From: Candidatus Poribacteria bacterium
GTDB lineage: Bacteria > Poribacteria > WGA-4E > WGA-3G
Assembly (NCBI GenBank): GCA_965215265.1
Contig: OZ244048.1
Span: 2,080,001 to 2,144,000, forward strand
Direction of reading: 5' to 3'
DNA length: 64,000 nucleotides
Position 1 is the stretch's first letter. The number at the start of each line of letters is the position of its first letter. Below the pieces are notes generated by a model. It saw only the letters and a program-made list of their open reading frames with translations. It did not search any database and had not been told where the DNA came from. A program made the translations under genes and the position numbers. Of this stretch, positions 11,301 to 21,494 are shown one piece after another.

Positions 11301-12402
11301 ACACAAACCATTGATGTCCAACGCCGATATTACTTACCAACTCAATCGCATCCAGAACGGGAGACTCCAAATTCGGTATAAAAATCTCAAATCCGGAACA
11401 TACACAATTCTGATTAAGGCGATGCGGGAAGGCTCATCTTATACGCAACCACCCGCTGCCTTAAATTTTACTATCCCACCACCTATTTGGACCCATTGGC
11501 GCAGCTACCTCCTCCCTATTCTTTTTGCCATTGTCGTCCTCGGATTACTAGCCAGACTTCTCGTGAACCTTAGGCAAACGAGACTCCTACGCGCTGAAAT
11601 GCAACGACAAGAAACCGCAGAAGTAGACCGGATGCGCTCAGAATTAGAGGAAGCCAGAAACATTCAAGCCGGATTATTACCCACGGAAGCACCAGTTACC
11701 GAAGGGTTTGAAATCGCAGGATTCTCTATGCCGGCTACACAGGTCGGCGGCGATTTCTACGATTACCTTACAGTTCAGAACGGACACACAGCAATCGCAA
11801 TTGCCGATGCAGCCGGAAAAGGATTACGCGGCGCTATGAACGCAGTACTAACGAACGGCATGTTGCACGAAGTCGCACGCTTCAAAGCAAAAGCAGAGGT
11901 AATTTTGAGCGATCTGAACGCTAGCCTAGCCCCACGGTTATACGGACCCAGCTTCATTGCATTAAATCTCGCTATTCTTGATGAATCTAAAAAACAGATC
12001 GACTACGCAAATGCAGGACAACCTTACCCTATTCTGAAACGAGGCACTGACAGCACCACCACCGCTACTGAAAACAACCGAACCAACGCAACGCTTTTCG
12101 AAATAGAAAGCAGCGACTTGCCCCTCGGCGGTATGAAAAAGGCTAGCTACGAATCAGTTACCTGCACCCTAACAGAGGGCGACACCCTTATCTTTTTTTC
12201 CGACGGCCTTATTGAAGCACTGAATACTGCTCAGGAAATGTACGGGACAGACCGGTTAAAAGAATTAATTGCCAATATCCCGCAGCACCTTAGCGCCGAA
12301 CAGATTATCCGATGCATCGTTGACGACGTAGACAATTATATCGGCGAGGCAGAACAGTACGACGATATGACACTTGTTGTCATAAAGTGTCTTCTGGCGT
12401 AA
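8395..12402 (+). CDS. Membrane sensor: two-component-regulator propeller repeats + TM + PP2C/SpoIIE phosphatase
   Basis: Signal peptide, D..G.LWF and DGL..N repeats, TM segment, C-terminal VGGDFYD, IADAAGKG, FSDGL, DDMT. Exact start uncertain. Confidence 0.88.
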   Translation: MDRKMPNPKKWKSLLGILLIQTALFTTVVLTSRAEMKTYTVADGLVAPVVRIIFQDSRGTLWFGSDRGDVNRFDNKEQKLLPLSVYAEKVDPEALLGTTLQIVEDKWGHIWFLTQHPSERKGRVSQFNGKAIQYLGTANALIVDKQGDVWVADSDSTGPRLSKYTTSGVQRPLKIQSFAIADRNIAPNLQASTAKQDVTAWTIEIIFQAQGGKFWLGGSDGEKGLILSFQPESAGKKAKFAILSQYLREGSSLGPHIQYTDTIRAITQDTDGTLWFGGHEFLLEFDGQTVTRRIPAPWSYSGGQTRRRRGPNGRRNQPLHPEQKVSLNRDSKGTIWLSDKSRGRYNLRRWDGFESVPLKTNAIGEADTPQYLRGFFEIQDKSGNLWFSSDAGAHRYDADLVDEMLYRVEDGLGSNRIKTIFEAMDGTLWFGHDNGVTKFNPRPAMVDRTTHSAAGISSVRLIYEDNAERFWFSIPGGVALYNGDELRQHQLTVEIEETPRPAFPNPPSRRQRETRRRTEIVKIFEVGNQVWFVCNRVRRFNTTRYTFFRYANGKFDQVSLNVETDIGPGGERLHRNSDVLVSTEAEPWIAFGGWLFKPNASGLQWLSNRGFTQISFGQTRKIRHADSAITALHRDTHGQLWYHLENGEVFRYPISLDEVSNRRQRRQARMQPEILPINSVIPVAGGRHEHIKWFFSVATGKLTRWIEPLIKETGEASIIELQGRSGSPPVSIWETPPSENTQKRITFIFKDSLSTYELENLQSAPTITNINLAPVNATLTSTTGILWLATSRGAIRYDGTALTTYATKKEGFLVDDIRDVKEDSWGNIWFATWGGGVVRYDGETFYAITTRDGLKHNNVSKIHESQAKHIWFATEGGVTHYTPENGGLPFCRLTAIAADDTNIELSSTVNLPAKPQHITIDFQGISPLREPLAYQFKLIGLDTNIWTEVSSKQIEAMPIQLDMPTDEPTHKPLMSNADITYQLNRIQNGRLQIRYKNLKSGTYTILIKAMREGSSYTQPPAALNFTIPPPIWTHWRSYLLPILFAIVVLGLLARLLVNLRQTRLLRAEMQRQETAEVDRMRSELEEARNIQAGLLPTEAPVTEGFEIAGFSMPATQVGGDFYDYLTVQNGHTAIAIADAAGKGLRGAMNAVLTNGMLHEVARFKAKAEVILSDLNASLAPRLYGPSFIALNLAILDESKKQIDYANAGQPYPILKRGTDSTTTATENNRTNATLFEIESSDLPLGGMKKASYESVTCTLTEGDTLIFFSDGLIEALNTAQEMYGTDRLKELIANIPQHLSAEQIIRCIVDDVDNYIGEAEQYDDMTLVVIKCLLA

Positions 12403-12459
12403 CGCCTCCGTACGGATATCCAACGTCTTATTTCACAGAACCGAACGCACGCATCTCGC

Positions 12460-14382
12460 CTACGCCCCCCGAAAATCCATCACTGTTTGTCTATATTCCT
12501 CAGGGATACCTATGTCAAATCGCCTGCCGTTGACGAGATAACCTGTAAAACCCTCCACTTTCCGCAACTCATCTAAGCAGGAGGTCAATTGGAATTCGCC
12601 ACGCTCGCGAAGATTGTACGTAATATTCTGTTCCAAAAAGGCAAATATCTGCGGTGTCAGTACATAGATACCGAAAACCGTCAAGAATTCATCTGCATCC
12701 ATGCCATCGACATGAAGATGCTCCCTGGCGTATGCAGCATCCGGCTTCTCATAAAACTCCGTCACCGATAGCAGCGCGTTCTCCTCTTTCCATCTACCCG
12801 TGACACATCCGAAATTTGGTAATTCTTTAATGGATGTTACTTTCAAGCCGACTACACTGTGATTTACCCGCTCGTATACTTCTAATACTTGCTTTGCACA
12901 CGAATTCTCCTCATGAGTCGAACCGTAAAGATGGTCACCGAGCATAAGAAGGAACGGCTCGTTTCCTACCCACTCACGTGCACAGTAGACAGCATGCCCG
13001 AATCCATCTTGGACATCTTGCGTGATGAACGACACACGACTCCCTAATTCCATTAAATAGTCACAGTAGGCCTTATTTTCTTTGCTAAGTTTGTTAAAAT
13101 TTGCAATCGGCGGCGGCGTTTTGAAAAACGATTCAAACAGTTCAGTATCCGCAGGCTGGACGATGAGACAGACCTCCTCAATCCCGGCATTAATCGCCTC
13201 TTCTACAATCGCCATAATCGCCGGTTTTGCACGCCCAGACTGATCAACTATTGGAAACAACTCTTTTTTTATCGCTTTTGAGGCAGGAAACAAGCGTGTC
13301 CCAAAACCTGCAGCCGGAATTACCGCTTTGCGGACATGCCGCCCAGCCTCAATAACGAGCTGCAGACACGACATCCCAAGCTCACGTTCAATTATTTCAA
13401 TCACCTTCTTTTGGCTTGCCTCATCTTTCACGATAAATTGCGCAGACCCATCCCCCTGTGAACCAACCCCTTTTCCACCCCAGAGGTAAGGTTGAATCTG
13501 CGGATAATTCAGAACTTTGTGCAGAACCGGCGCAGTCAATTCCGATGGACACGCCGGAATAAGATGTTTATCAAATTCATGCTGCGCACGTTTCATTAAT
13601 GCACCTACAGATTCTGCATCACCACGGTGAAGCGCCTCGTACGCAGCTAACGTAATTTCCGCACTCAGTGGACCGAGGTAGTGTTGCACATTTTTCTGAA
13701 GCGCATCCTCGGCAAACGGAAAACAGTGGTGCAGTTGATTTAATATCAGACGCGTATCCTTACCTGCTGCTAAATCAACAAGCACAAGGTACATGTCTTG
13801 GGGCACACTAAATTCTCGTACATCCACCCGGTCACCGTCAAACGTCATCAAGATAGGGCGCATATACGCACAGCCTTGGTCCATACGACCACAGCGCGAT
13901 GGTGTCGTCGTTTCGCCTCTGTAGGCATACTCCATCTCACCGCGCGTCGTCATCTTCAGATTATAGATACGGTTAAAGGCGCGCGCCACGAGAACACAGA
14001 TCGCCGCACTGGAAGATAGCCCCTTTTTTACCGGTAAATCTGTTAGATAATTGTCAATTTCAAGTCCCTGCACACGGTAGTCCGTCAGAATTTGATACGC
14101 AACACCGGCAGCATAACTGAAAAAACTCCCTTTCTCTGCTTCTGCAAGCAGTAACTCCGGCTCCATCGGCAACGTATAGGGACCATGGCGGCTACCATCA
14201 CTCAGACAAGTTTTGAGTATAAAGCGATTTGGATGCGGTTGAACTGACGCATACACACCTTGGTTTGTACTTGTAATTAAGGTATAACCTTTTTCAAGCT
14301 CAGCGTTATCTTGACGGTAGCGACCTGCCCAATCGCTGTGTTCACCAAATAGACAGATGCGCCCCGGTACAAAAAGTTTCAT
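12460..14382 (-). CDS. GHMP sugar kinase fused to GalU-like nucleotidyltransferase
   Basis: PGRICLFGEHSD, PVKKGLSSSAA, GKGVGSQGDG, then KAVIPAAGFGTRLFPASKAIKKE, GFGHAV, LGDH. ATG 14382 with GGAGG SD overlaps the upstream stop. Confidence 0.88.
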   Translation of the reverse strand: MKLFVPGRICLFGEHSDWAGRYRQDNAELEKGYTLITSTNQGVYASVQPHPNRFILKTCLSDGSRHGPYTLPMEPELLLAEAEKGSFFSYAAGVAYQILTDYRVQGLEIDNYLTDLPVKKGLSSSAAICVLVARAFNRIYNLKMTTRGEMEYAYRGETTTPSRCGRMDQGCAYMRPILMTFDGDRVDVREFSVPQDMYLVLVDLAAGKDTRLILNQLHHCFPFAEDALQKNVQHYLGPLSAEITLAAYEALHRGDAESVGALMKRAQHEFDKHLIPACPSELTAPVLHKVLNYPQIQPYLWGGKGVGSQGDGSAQFIVKDEASQKKVIEIIERELGMSCLQLVIEAGRHVRKAVIPAAGFGTRLFPASKAIKKELFPIVDQSGRAKPAIMAIVEEAINAGIEEVCLIVQPADTELFESFFKTPPPIANFNKLSKENKAYCDYLMELGSRVSFITQDVQDGFGHAVYCAREWVGNEPFLLMLGDHLYGSTHEENSCAKQVLEVYERVNHSVVGLKVTSIKELPNFGCVTGRWKEENALLSVTEFYEKPDAAYAREHLHVDGMDADEFLTVFGIYVLTPQIFAFLEQNITYNLRERGEFQLTSCLDELRKVEGFTGYLVNGRRFDIGIPEEYRQTVMDFRGA

Positions 14383-16880
14383 TGTTCCTCCAATTCGTAT
14401 AACAAGCGGACGGCTCTCCCGCTCCCCTTCACCTCTACACTTCTCTGGGCCCATTGGCACCGACGTATCCACGTCTGCGCCTGCATGACGCTACCCAAGG
14501 GGAGGGTTTTATCCATCGCTATTTCCGAAAAGGCCTCTTCCGCAGCCTTGTAATGGATAGCCCCGTTTGATGCCCCAGATTGAAACGCCAGACGATACGC
14601 ATTGATACCGGTTAATCTTCGCGCTTCTATTACGAGCTGCCCCATATCTTCGCCACCTCTAATCAGGGCCTGCCGGAGATAGTGGTTGCTCATGTCCCAC
14701 ACCTTCTCTGTATGAAGCAGCTCCCCTGCAAGGAAATAGGCCAACCAACTATCCGGCACTGCTTCTTGGCAAACTAACACCCACGTCATTTTTTCTGCAG
14801 GATTGTTAAACTCAACGAGCACATTGCGAAGCAGTTCTCGTAAGGAAACTTCTATATCAGAGGTAACCTTTATGGACGATGAAGGATAGGAAAGCGCCAC
14901 AAGACGTTTGATAGCTCTATTTTCAAGCGTGCCATAGTTCATTAACGGTGTAGCCTGCAAATCCACATTAGAACTTACCGACACGTAGGCCTTTCTCGCC
15001 GCTTCATATTCATCTTTCAGCCAGTGAATATCACCTTTTAACAGCGCGGCTTCTTTACTAAACCGCGTATTTTCTGAAGTTATGAGATGAGTCGCGAGCG
15101 ATAATGCACGTTCGTACTCCTTCATCTGATAGACACTGAACATAAGCCCACGGATGTCACGTAAATTTTTTGTATCCCACCTAAACGGTTGCTCCCGGGG
15201 GTTAACAGCCGACCGTTGAAATCGCCGCCAGAAACCGGGGATCGAGTCAAAAGAGAGTATCCGTTCAAACGTTTTCGTCGCTGTCGCGAAATCTTTTCGT
15301 GAGTATGCCCGCCAAGCGATATTTCGCAATTCTGCTATTTCATGCGCGCACGCCCTCTCAAAAATACTCTGCCGTTTTAACCTATCTTTCGCGTAGGCTA
15401 AAGACGCATCCGACAACGGAACGCTTTTCAGAAAATCCATCCACTCTCTCTCTAAAACACCTACGTCTTTGCCCTCAGAACCAACTCGGTAGTACTTCTC
15501 AAAATTGCCGAACGGAAAAACACGTTTGAATTTTTCTATACCGTAGGTATCAACAAGGAATCGGACAAAGGAACCCGCGAGGACATAACTGCGGGCACCC
15601 GCATGCCCCCAGAACCCAACACCCAGAATTGCCGAAAGCGACGGCGCAACCTCCAATCGATGCATCGCTTTTGCCCATTGATGCCCCGTCAGCTTTCCTT
15701 CATCCCAATCTGCAGCAACCGCAATGCCTTCGTGAAGTCCTATCTTGAAACTTACCTTCATAGGCGACCAGGGCACCGTAAAAACGTGTGCCAATTCATG
15801 TTTCAGCACCGGATGTGGAAATCCCTGAGCATGGATGTGAAACCCGTGCCCAAACGGATCTTCGACTGATGTGTAGCGCGCGCCAATTAACCGCTTTTTT
15901 TGCGCAGCAGAAGCATAGATATAGGCACGCACCTTATACTGTAGAGGCGCACCTAAATATGAAGCTAATTCAGCATATTGAAACTCACACTCCTCGGCAA
16001 TCAGTGCAATATCGTCTTCCAGAACTGTCGCATAATAGATTTCAAAATGTTCCGTTTCGTGGAACCCACCCAATTCTCGCTCAATATCTCCACGGGTCGG
16101 ACGAATCCCCAATGCCCCAATGTTGAAATTGACAACGAGAGTTGAAAGCGCCAATAGGTAAACTACTAGCTGCCCAGCCGCCCGGAATTGTAAAAGATTG
16201 CGCCAGTTGAATTGTGGCTTTAATGCCGTCTCACGACTCATTTCACAATTAACAGCAGAAACGGCTAAAAAGAAAAACGCCACTAACAGCGTGCAGCCTC
16301 GTGCAATCAGCAACGGAGTTGTTATCGTAACCTGCTCATCGTAAATTGGACCGGCGAAATAACCGAACGTATCATGATACGCAAACACAGGCGGATGAAA
16401 CACAACGTTAATAAACAACGGAATAAATGTCAGAAGAATGTAACCGATGTAAACTGTATACGCTCTCCAACGCCTCTCGAAACATAGCCCAAAGAATAGC
16501 CCCGCAGCAGTCGCATAAACGCAACTCACCCCTGGCAATAACCCGAAAAACAGCAACCCTTCACTAATATCGCAGTTTTTAACACGAAATGCATTGAACA
16601 AAATTATGATTAAGGCGGCAAGGAGCAGTCCTACGTTAATCCCCAGCGCCCGCCAGAAACATCGCAGCACAACTTCGCGTGCAGAACCGCTCAACGCACC
16701 CGGCGAACGTTTCATCTGCTTTAGCGTCGTTATTGCTATAAATGAACCGACGAATGAAATCACGAAGGCAAGAACAGCACTGAACTCATAGCCGAGAACG
16801 TTAAAGAGCGGAACGTTCGTCAGAATTAAAGCCAATACGCTGAATCCGATCAACCAGAAGATGAAGGTTTTATGCATCAT
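14379..16880 (-). CDS. Multi-pass membrane protein with peptidase MA-like (HExxH) domain and TPR-like C-terminus
   Basis: About 7 N-terminal hydrophobic segments, HELAH...HEG, helical repeats. Confidence 0.7.
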   Translation of the reverse strand: MMHKTFIFWLIGFSVLALILTNVPLFNVLGYEFSAVLAFVISFVGSFIAITTLKQMKRSPGALSGSAREVVLRCFWRALGINVGLLLAALIIILFNAFRVKNCDISEGLLFFGLLPGVSCVYATAAGLFFGLCFERRWRAYTVYIGYILLTFIPLFINVVFHPPVFAYHDTFGYFAGPIYDEQVTITTPLLIARGCTLLVAFFFLAVSAVNCEMSRETALKPQFNWRNLLQFRAAGQLVVYLLALSTLVVNFNIGALGIRPTRGDIERELGGFHETEHFEIYYATVLEDDIALIAEECEFQYAELASYLGAPLQYKVRAYIYASAAQKKRLIGARYTSVEDPFGHGFHIHAQGFPHPVLKHELAHVFTVPWSPMKVSFKIGLHEGIAVAADWDEGKLTGHQWAKAMHRLEVAPSLSAILGVGFWGHAGARSYVLAGSFVRFLVDTYGIEKFKRVFPFGNFEKYYRVGSEGKDVGVLEREWMDFLKSVPLSDASLAYAKDRLKRQSIFERACAHEIAELRNIAWRAYSRKDFATATKTFERILSFDSIPGFWRRFQRSAVNPREQPFRWDTKNLRDIRGLMFSVYQMKEYERALSLATHLITSENTRFSKEAALLKGDIHWLKDEYEAARKAYVSVSSNVDLQATPLMNYGTLENRAIKRLVALSYPSSSIKVTSDIEVSLRELLRNVLVEFNNPAEKMTWVLVCQEAVPDSWLAYFLAGELLHTEKVWDMSNHYLRQALIRGGEDMGQLVIEARRLTGINAYRLAFQSGASNGAIHYKAAEEAFSEIAMDKTLPLGSVMQAQTWIRRCQWAQRSVEVKGSGRAVRLLYELEEQ

Positions 16881-16948
16881 AGAGTTCGCAGCTGCCTACC
16901 TGAAACTTTTTGTACCAGTGTTCCTTGCCAATTTGTTTGTCTATCACT

Positions 16949-16978
16949 ATTTTAACGCAATATTAGAAGACGTGTCAA
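16949..16978 (-). promoter_or_regulatory. Sigma70-type promoter
   Basis: TTGACA-18 bp-TAAAAT on the minus strand. Confidence 0.55.
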
Positions 16979-17252
16979 TCAACTTTTCATAGCCATTAGA
17001 GGCACCTAACACTAAATCTGGTTAATCAATCCGATAGGAACTATTTCCATAATCGGGTTTAATAAACTAAATCCGTCAGGATAAACCAAGACAATGGAAC
17101 GCCAGGTTCACTGCCCAAAACACTCTTTTTCGCACTATGGAAAACGAAAAACAAGAACTATGATAGAAAATTCAAAGTCAGTAAAATTCAGGCGCAATAC
17201 ACTATGTTCTGTCGAACTTCTGCCATAATTTCAGTCGCATTAAATGTTTTTC

Positions 17253-17281
17253 TTGCAAACGTGTGAACAATATGTTATAAT
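17253..17281 (+). promoter_or_regulatory. Sigma70-type promoter of the PspA-like gene
   Basis: TTGCAA-17 bp-TATAAT with TGn. Confidence 0.65.
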
Positions 17282-17348
17282 GTGTAATATAGATTTGAAA
17301 GTTTTTCGCCTTGTCGCTTCTGCTTAATTTAACCAAGGAGGAATTACC

Positions 17349-18197
17349 ATGGCAAACGGAATCACCCGTTTTTTCAAGGCAATCTGGTATACGCTCACCG
17401 GTCGCGCCCATGAATCCGCTGATAGGATGATGGAAAATCCTGAGGCAGTGCGCGGTGCTTACGAAGAAATTATTAACGAAAAGCAAGGAAATATCCAACG
17501 CTATAAACAGGCAATTGGACAATTGATTGCACTGGTTGAACAGAAAAAGAGTACGCTTAAGAGTCTCACTGATGACATTAGCCGCTTGGAAGAGTTGAAA
17601 GCCGGTGCCATCGCCAAGGCACAACAGGTGGCAGGAGGCTTACAGAATTCTGGGATGAGCCCTGAAGAAGTCAAACAGCATTCGGAATACACGCGATGTG
17701 TGACTGCATACAACGATTTCCACTCCACCTTGGAGGAGAAAAATGCACGCGTCACCGAATTGGAAACCGATATTGAACGCGCACAAGCCGACATCGCATC
17801 GCATAAACTTCAGATAACCAATCTCCATCGCGATTTGAACAAGATTAAGGAAGAACAATCCGAAGCTGTCGCTGACCTGATTACTGCACGTGAACAAGAG
17901 GATATCGCCGATATGCTTTCAGGCATCAGTACCGACGGTACCTCCGCCGAATTGACACGGATGCGAGAAATTCGTGAAAAGGCAAAGGGACGCTCGAAAG
18001 TCGCGCAAGAATTGGCCGGGACCGACTCACGCACCGAAGAAGATGAATTCCTAACAGCTGCCCGCACTTCATCTACTTCCAATGAATTTGACGAGCTAAT
18101 CTTCGGCGCACAAAAAACCGATACCGCACAGAAAAGCGAAGGCGACAGTCAGAAAGAGTCAGCATCCGCCAACTCTAACTCAGAACTTCCGCTTTAA
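17349..18197 (+). CDS. PspA/IM30-like coiled-coil protein
   Basis: N-terminal amphipathic GITRFFKAIW, MENPE, long coiled coil. AAGGAGG SD. Confidence 0.7.
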   Translation: MANGITRFFKAIWYTLTGRAHESADRMMENPEAVRGAYEEIINEKQGNIQRYKQAIGQLIALVEQKKSTLKSLTDDISRLEELKAGAIAKAQQVAGGLQNSGMSPEEVKQHSEYTRCVTAYNDFHSTLEEKNARVTELETDIERAQADIASHKLQITNLHRDLNKIKEEQSEAVADLITAREQEDIADMLSGISTDGTSAELTRMREIREKAKGRSKVAQELAGTDSRTEEDEFLTAARTSSTSNEFDELIFGAQKTDTAQKSEGDSQKESASANSNSELPL

Positions 18198-18366
18198 CGA
18201 AACGAGAGGGCACGCCGCAGCTAAAACGAATCCGGGAATCGCACCCACACCCAAAATACGCAGGCGCTAGCCACGTCTCAACCTCTAGAGATACCCAATT
18301 TTCGGACTCTTTTAGCAGCCCTCAGAATTTTTGCGACTTTCTCGCCATAAAGGAGGTGGAAAAACA

Positions 18367-20274
18367 ATCGCTATAAAAAATCCTGAATATCCATTCCGAA
18401 CTGAAGCAGGAATGCTTATTAACGCTGGCACTTCCCGGAGCCTCGTCCTTTTTGGCAACGTCCACGACCTCTTCTTTATTCAAAACACGGAACAAGCGGA
18501 TTATGTGCCTCTCGTCCCCTTCTTAACACAAAGCTGGGATATACCAGGGTTCATCCTCATTGTTTATGAGCTCAACGGACCGCTACGGTTCACGCAAACC
18601 CGTGGTAGAGAGAAAGTCAAGGCGGCGTTCAATTTATGGAGGCAAGTCACAGAGCCTTCCCTGACAAAACCGGAACGCCAATTCAGGCAGGTTAACGACG
18701 AATCGTTCATATCGCGTCGACGCATCACACGCCCACAATATTCACCTACAAACCCAGGTGAAAAACCGACAGAAACACATGAGGATGTCTTTGAACGCTA
18801 CCTCAACAATGCAATCGGCAGTCCTACGCTCGCACTTGAACTCCTACGCCAATTCTGTCTTATCTCCCGCACTACCAACCGACACGGCGAGAAATTTATA
18901 ACCGAAAAGCTGCTTATTCTAATCGAAGCAACGGACATGCTCCTCCCCGAAGGCGAAATCCGGAGCCTGAGCCAATCAGACCGGCACCGCGTCAGTATCG
19001 TCCAAGATTGGATTTCGGATTCTGAATTCATGAACGGCACGGATACTGTCGTCTTCATCACGGAATCCAAAAGTCTCGTCAACTCACGCATTATGCGTCT
19101 ACCACAAGTCGTTGGAGTCGAGATTCCATCACCTCCGCTCGAAGCACGACGGCATTTCATCTCTTGGTTTAACACAACAAGCGGTTATCAAATTGACAAG
19201 GAGCAAAAGGAGAGAACTCTCAACCTTTGGGGAACTCAGGTGCAACTCGCGATGCTGACAGCAGGCTTATCAATACATGCACTACGGCAGCTGCTCATCG
19301 CCGCATCCTATTCCGGTGAAAAACTACTCCCAGAAACCGTTATCGAGAAAGTCTCCGCATTCATACAGACACAACTAGGCGAAGATGTTGTTGAATTTAA
19401 AAAGCCCGCTCACACTCTTAAGGATATTGTCGGGAATCAGAACCTCGTTGCCTTCCTAAAAGCGCACCTTATTCCACGCATCACCTCCACTGGTGCCGAT
19501 GCTATCACAGGACTTAGCGTCTGTGGACCCATCGGCAGCGGAAAAACCTTCATCTTTGAAGCACTCGCAGGCGAATTAGATATCCCCGTACTAGTCCTCA
19601 AAAACATACGGAGTATGTGGTTCGGACAGACAGATGTCATTTTTGAAAGACTCAGACGATTGCTTATGGCACTCGTCAAGGTGCTCATCTTTGTCGATGA
19701 AGCCGATACACAGTTCGGGAACATCGGTAGAGAGGCACACAGCACCGAACGACGACTCACCGGAAAAATACAAGCGATGATGTCCGATGCGCAGCTACGC
19801 GGCAATATTACATGGCTGTTGATGACAGCACGCATCTATAATCTTTCGCCTGATCTGCGACGCGAAGGCCGCGTCGGAGACATCGTCGTTCCCGTACTCG
19901 ACCCAACCGGCGAAGACCGCAAAACCTTCCTGCACTGGACACTCCGCGACGTTATCAATGGAAAACTACCAGACGCGCTCATCGAAACCCTACTCGAACA
20001 CACCGAAGGCTACTCCGCAGCTAGCTTCGCAGCACTACGCGCAGAGCTCAAAGCCGCAAAAAATCTTATAGGCGACTTAACACCAGACGATATCGTTGAG
20101 GTTATCTCCGACAGAATACTGCCTAACATCGGACCCATTCGAAAATATCAAACATTACAAGCGTTCGTTAACTGTACGCGGAAATCTTTGCTACCTGTTG
20201 AATACTCACCGGAAACTCGAGAATCTTGGCTCAGAGAGATTGCCGCACTGGAAGCGATGGGCGTTAAAGGATAG
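18367..20274 (+). CDS. AAA+ ATPase (classical clade), start uncertain
   Basis: Walker A GPIGSGKT, Walker B IFVDEAD, pore loop SMWFG, SRH LRREGR, degenerate N-terminal AAA-like region. Confidence 0.85.
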   Translation: MAIKNPEYPFRTEAGMLINAGTSRSLVLFGNVHDLFFIQNTEQADYVPLVPFLTQSWDIPGFILIVYELNGPLRFTQTRGREKVKAAFNLWRQVTEPSLTKPERQFRQVNDESFISRRRITRPQYSPTNPGEKPTETHEDVFERYLNNAIGSPTLALELLRQFCLISRTTNRHGEKFITEKLLILIEATDMLLPEGEIRSLSQSDRHRVSIVQDWISDSEFMNGTDTVVFITESKSLVNSRIMRLPQVVGVEIPSPPLEARRHFISWFNTTSGYQIDKEQKERTLNLWGTQVQLAMLTAGLSIHALRQLLIAASYSGEKLLPETVIEKVSAFIQTQLGEDVVEFKKPAHTLKDIVGNQNLVAFLKAHLIPRITSTGADAITGLSVCGPIGSGKTFIFEALAGELDIPVLVLKNIRSMWFGQTDVIFERLRRLLMALVKVLIFVDEADTQFGNIGREAHSTERRLTGKIQAMMSDAQLRGNITWLLMTARIYNLSPDLRREGRVGDIVVPVLDPTGEDRKTFLHWTLRDVINGKLPDALIETLLEHTEGYSAASFAALRAELKAAKNLIGDLTPDDIVEVISDRILPNIGPIRKYQTLQAFVNCTRKSLLPVEYSPETRESWLREIAALEAMGVKG

Positions 20275-20349
20275 CCATACGTTTTACCGGTTTACTGAAG
20301 CTGAACTGACCGCTGCCTATTGGCAGTAAGTAACTGAAGACCTGGCTTC

Positions 20350-21489
20350 TCACCTAAGTGTAACAACTTCCCCATTTGCTGCAGAACAGTAGCCTGCACT
20401 GATAATCTCTATAGATTGCGCCGCAAACTCTGCGTTCATCTCACTCTCTATCCCCTGCTCAATACAGTCGATAAACACGCTGAATTCCCGTGCACCGTCG
20501 TTACTTCCCCCAATATCTACCCACTGTTGCTTAGGTCGGATGCCGATTTCCGATTGTGTGCTGCTCCACATACCCATCGGGTCAAGCGGATGCGGCGGCG
20601 GCGGTTCAAATGCCGGCTCCGCCGCGAAAATCTCAAGCCGACCGGCCGACGCATCAAATGTTAACGTGTTGGTTGTACCAACAAGCTGCACCTTCCGTAC
20701 ACCACCCTGTGGATGACTCTGCCACCCATAGCGCCCACCGACAATTGTCGCCGTAATTCCGCCTGCTAAATTCAGAACCAACGCCCCAAAATCCTCAACA
20801 TCGCAATCGTGATGTTCGGCAAAAAAATAATTGGCTGTCGCACCAAAAACTGTCTCGACAGGCCGCTGGGTTAACCAATTCACCATAGATACCGCATAGA
20901 CTCCCACATCAAACATCTCAGGTTTTGATTCAACAAAACTGTAACGCTCAACTGCCGGTTTCTCTACCCGTTTCTTACCAATAGGGGCACTGCCCGGATG
21001 GCCCTTGGCAAAGAGGACATCGCAATGAATCGCCCGCAATTCCCCCAGCTGCCCACTAGTTAACGCATGTTTTACCGTTCGCGCCCAAGCACTATGGATA
21101 TTGCTAAACATCTGACTCCGCACCCCGGTCCGCGCAATCGCATCGACGATGCGACGCGCAGCATTAGGATTCAATGCCATCGGCTTATCAAGGTAGACAT
21201 GTTTACCTGCCAGCGCACACTTAGCACCGACACGCCCACGACGCTCCACCTCAGTGCATAGACTCACAATATGCACATCGTCGCGTGCCAAGGCCGCGTC
21301 CAAGTCCGAAATAAAAGGCAGCTCCAATTCTTCGGCTAGGGATTTTCCCAACGCTATACGCTCCGCAGGTGCCCCCTGTTCATCAGCAAACGCAATCAGA
21401 CGGCACCGCGCATCTTGCGCGAAATGCTGCGCATAGTTCTCTTGGTGCGTCCGGTGCCCGCCCAGCAATAGTACACCGTACTTTTCCAT
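20350..21489 (-). CDS. Gfo/Idh/MocA family oxidoreductase
   Basis: GKHVYLDKPMA, GQLGELRAI, D.GVY. Confidence 0.88.
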   Translation of the reverse strand: MEKYGVLLLGGHRTHQENYAQHFAQDARCRLIAFADEQGAPAERIALGKSLAEELELPFISDLDAALARDDVHIVSLCTEVERRGRVGAKCALAGKHVYLDKPMALNPNAARRIVDAIARTGVRSQMFSNIHSAWARTVKHALTSGQLGELRAIHCDVLFAKGHPGSAPIGKKRVEKPAVERYSFVESKPEMFDVGVYAVSMVNWLTQRPVETVFGATANYFFAEHHDCDVEDFGALVLNLAGGITATIVGGRYGWQSHPQGGVRKVQLVGTTNTLTFDASAGRLEIFAAEPAFEPPPPHPLDPMGMWSSTQSEIGIRPKQQWVDIGGSNDGAREFSVFIDCIEQGIESEMNAEFAAQSIEIISAGYCSAANGEVVTLR

Positions 21490-21494
21490 CTTGT

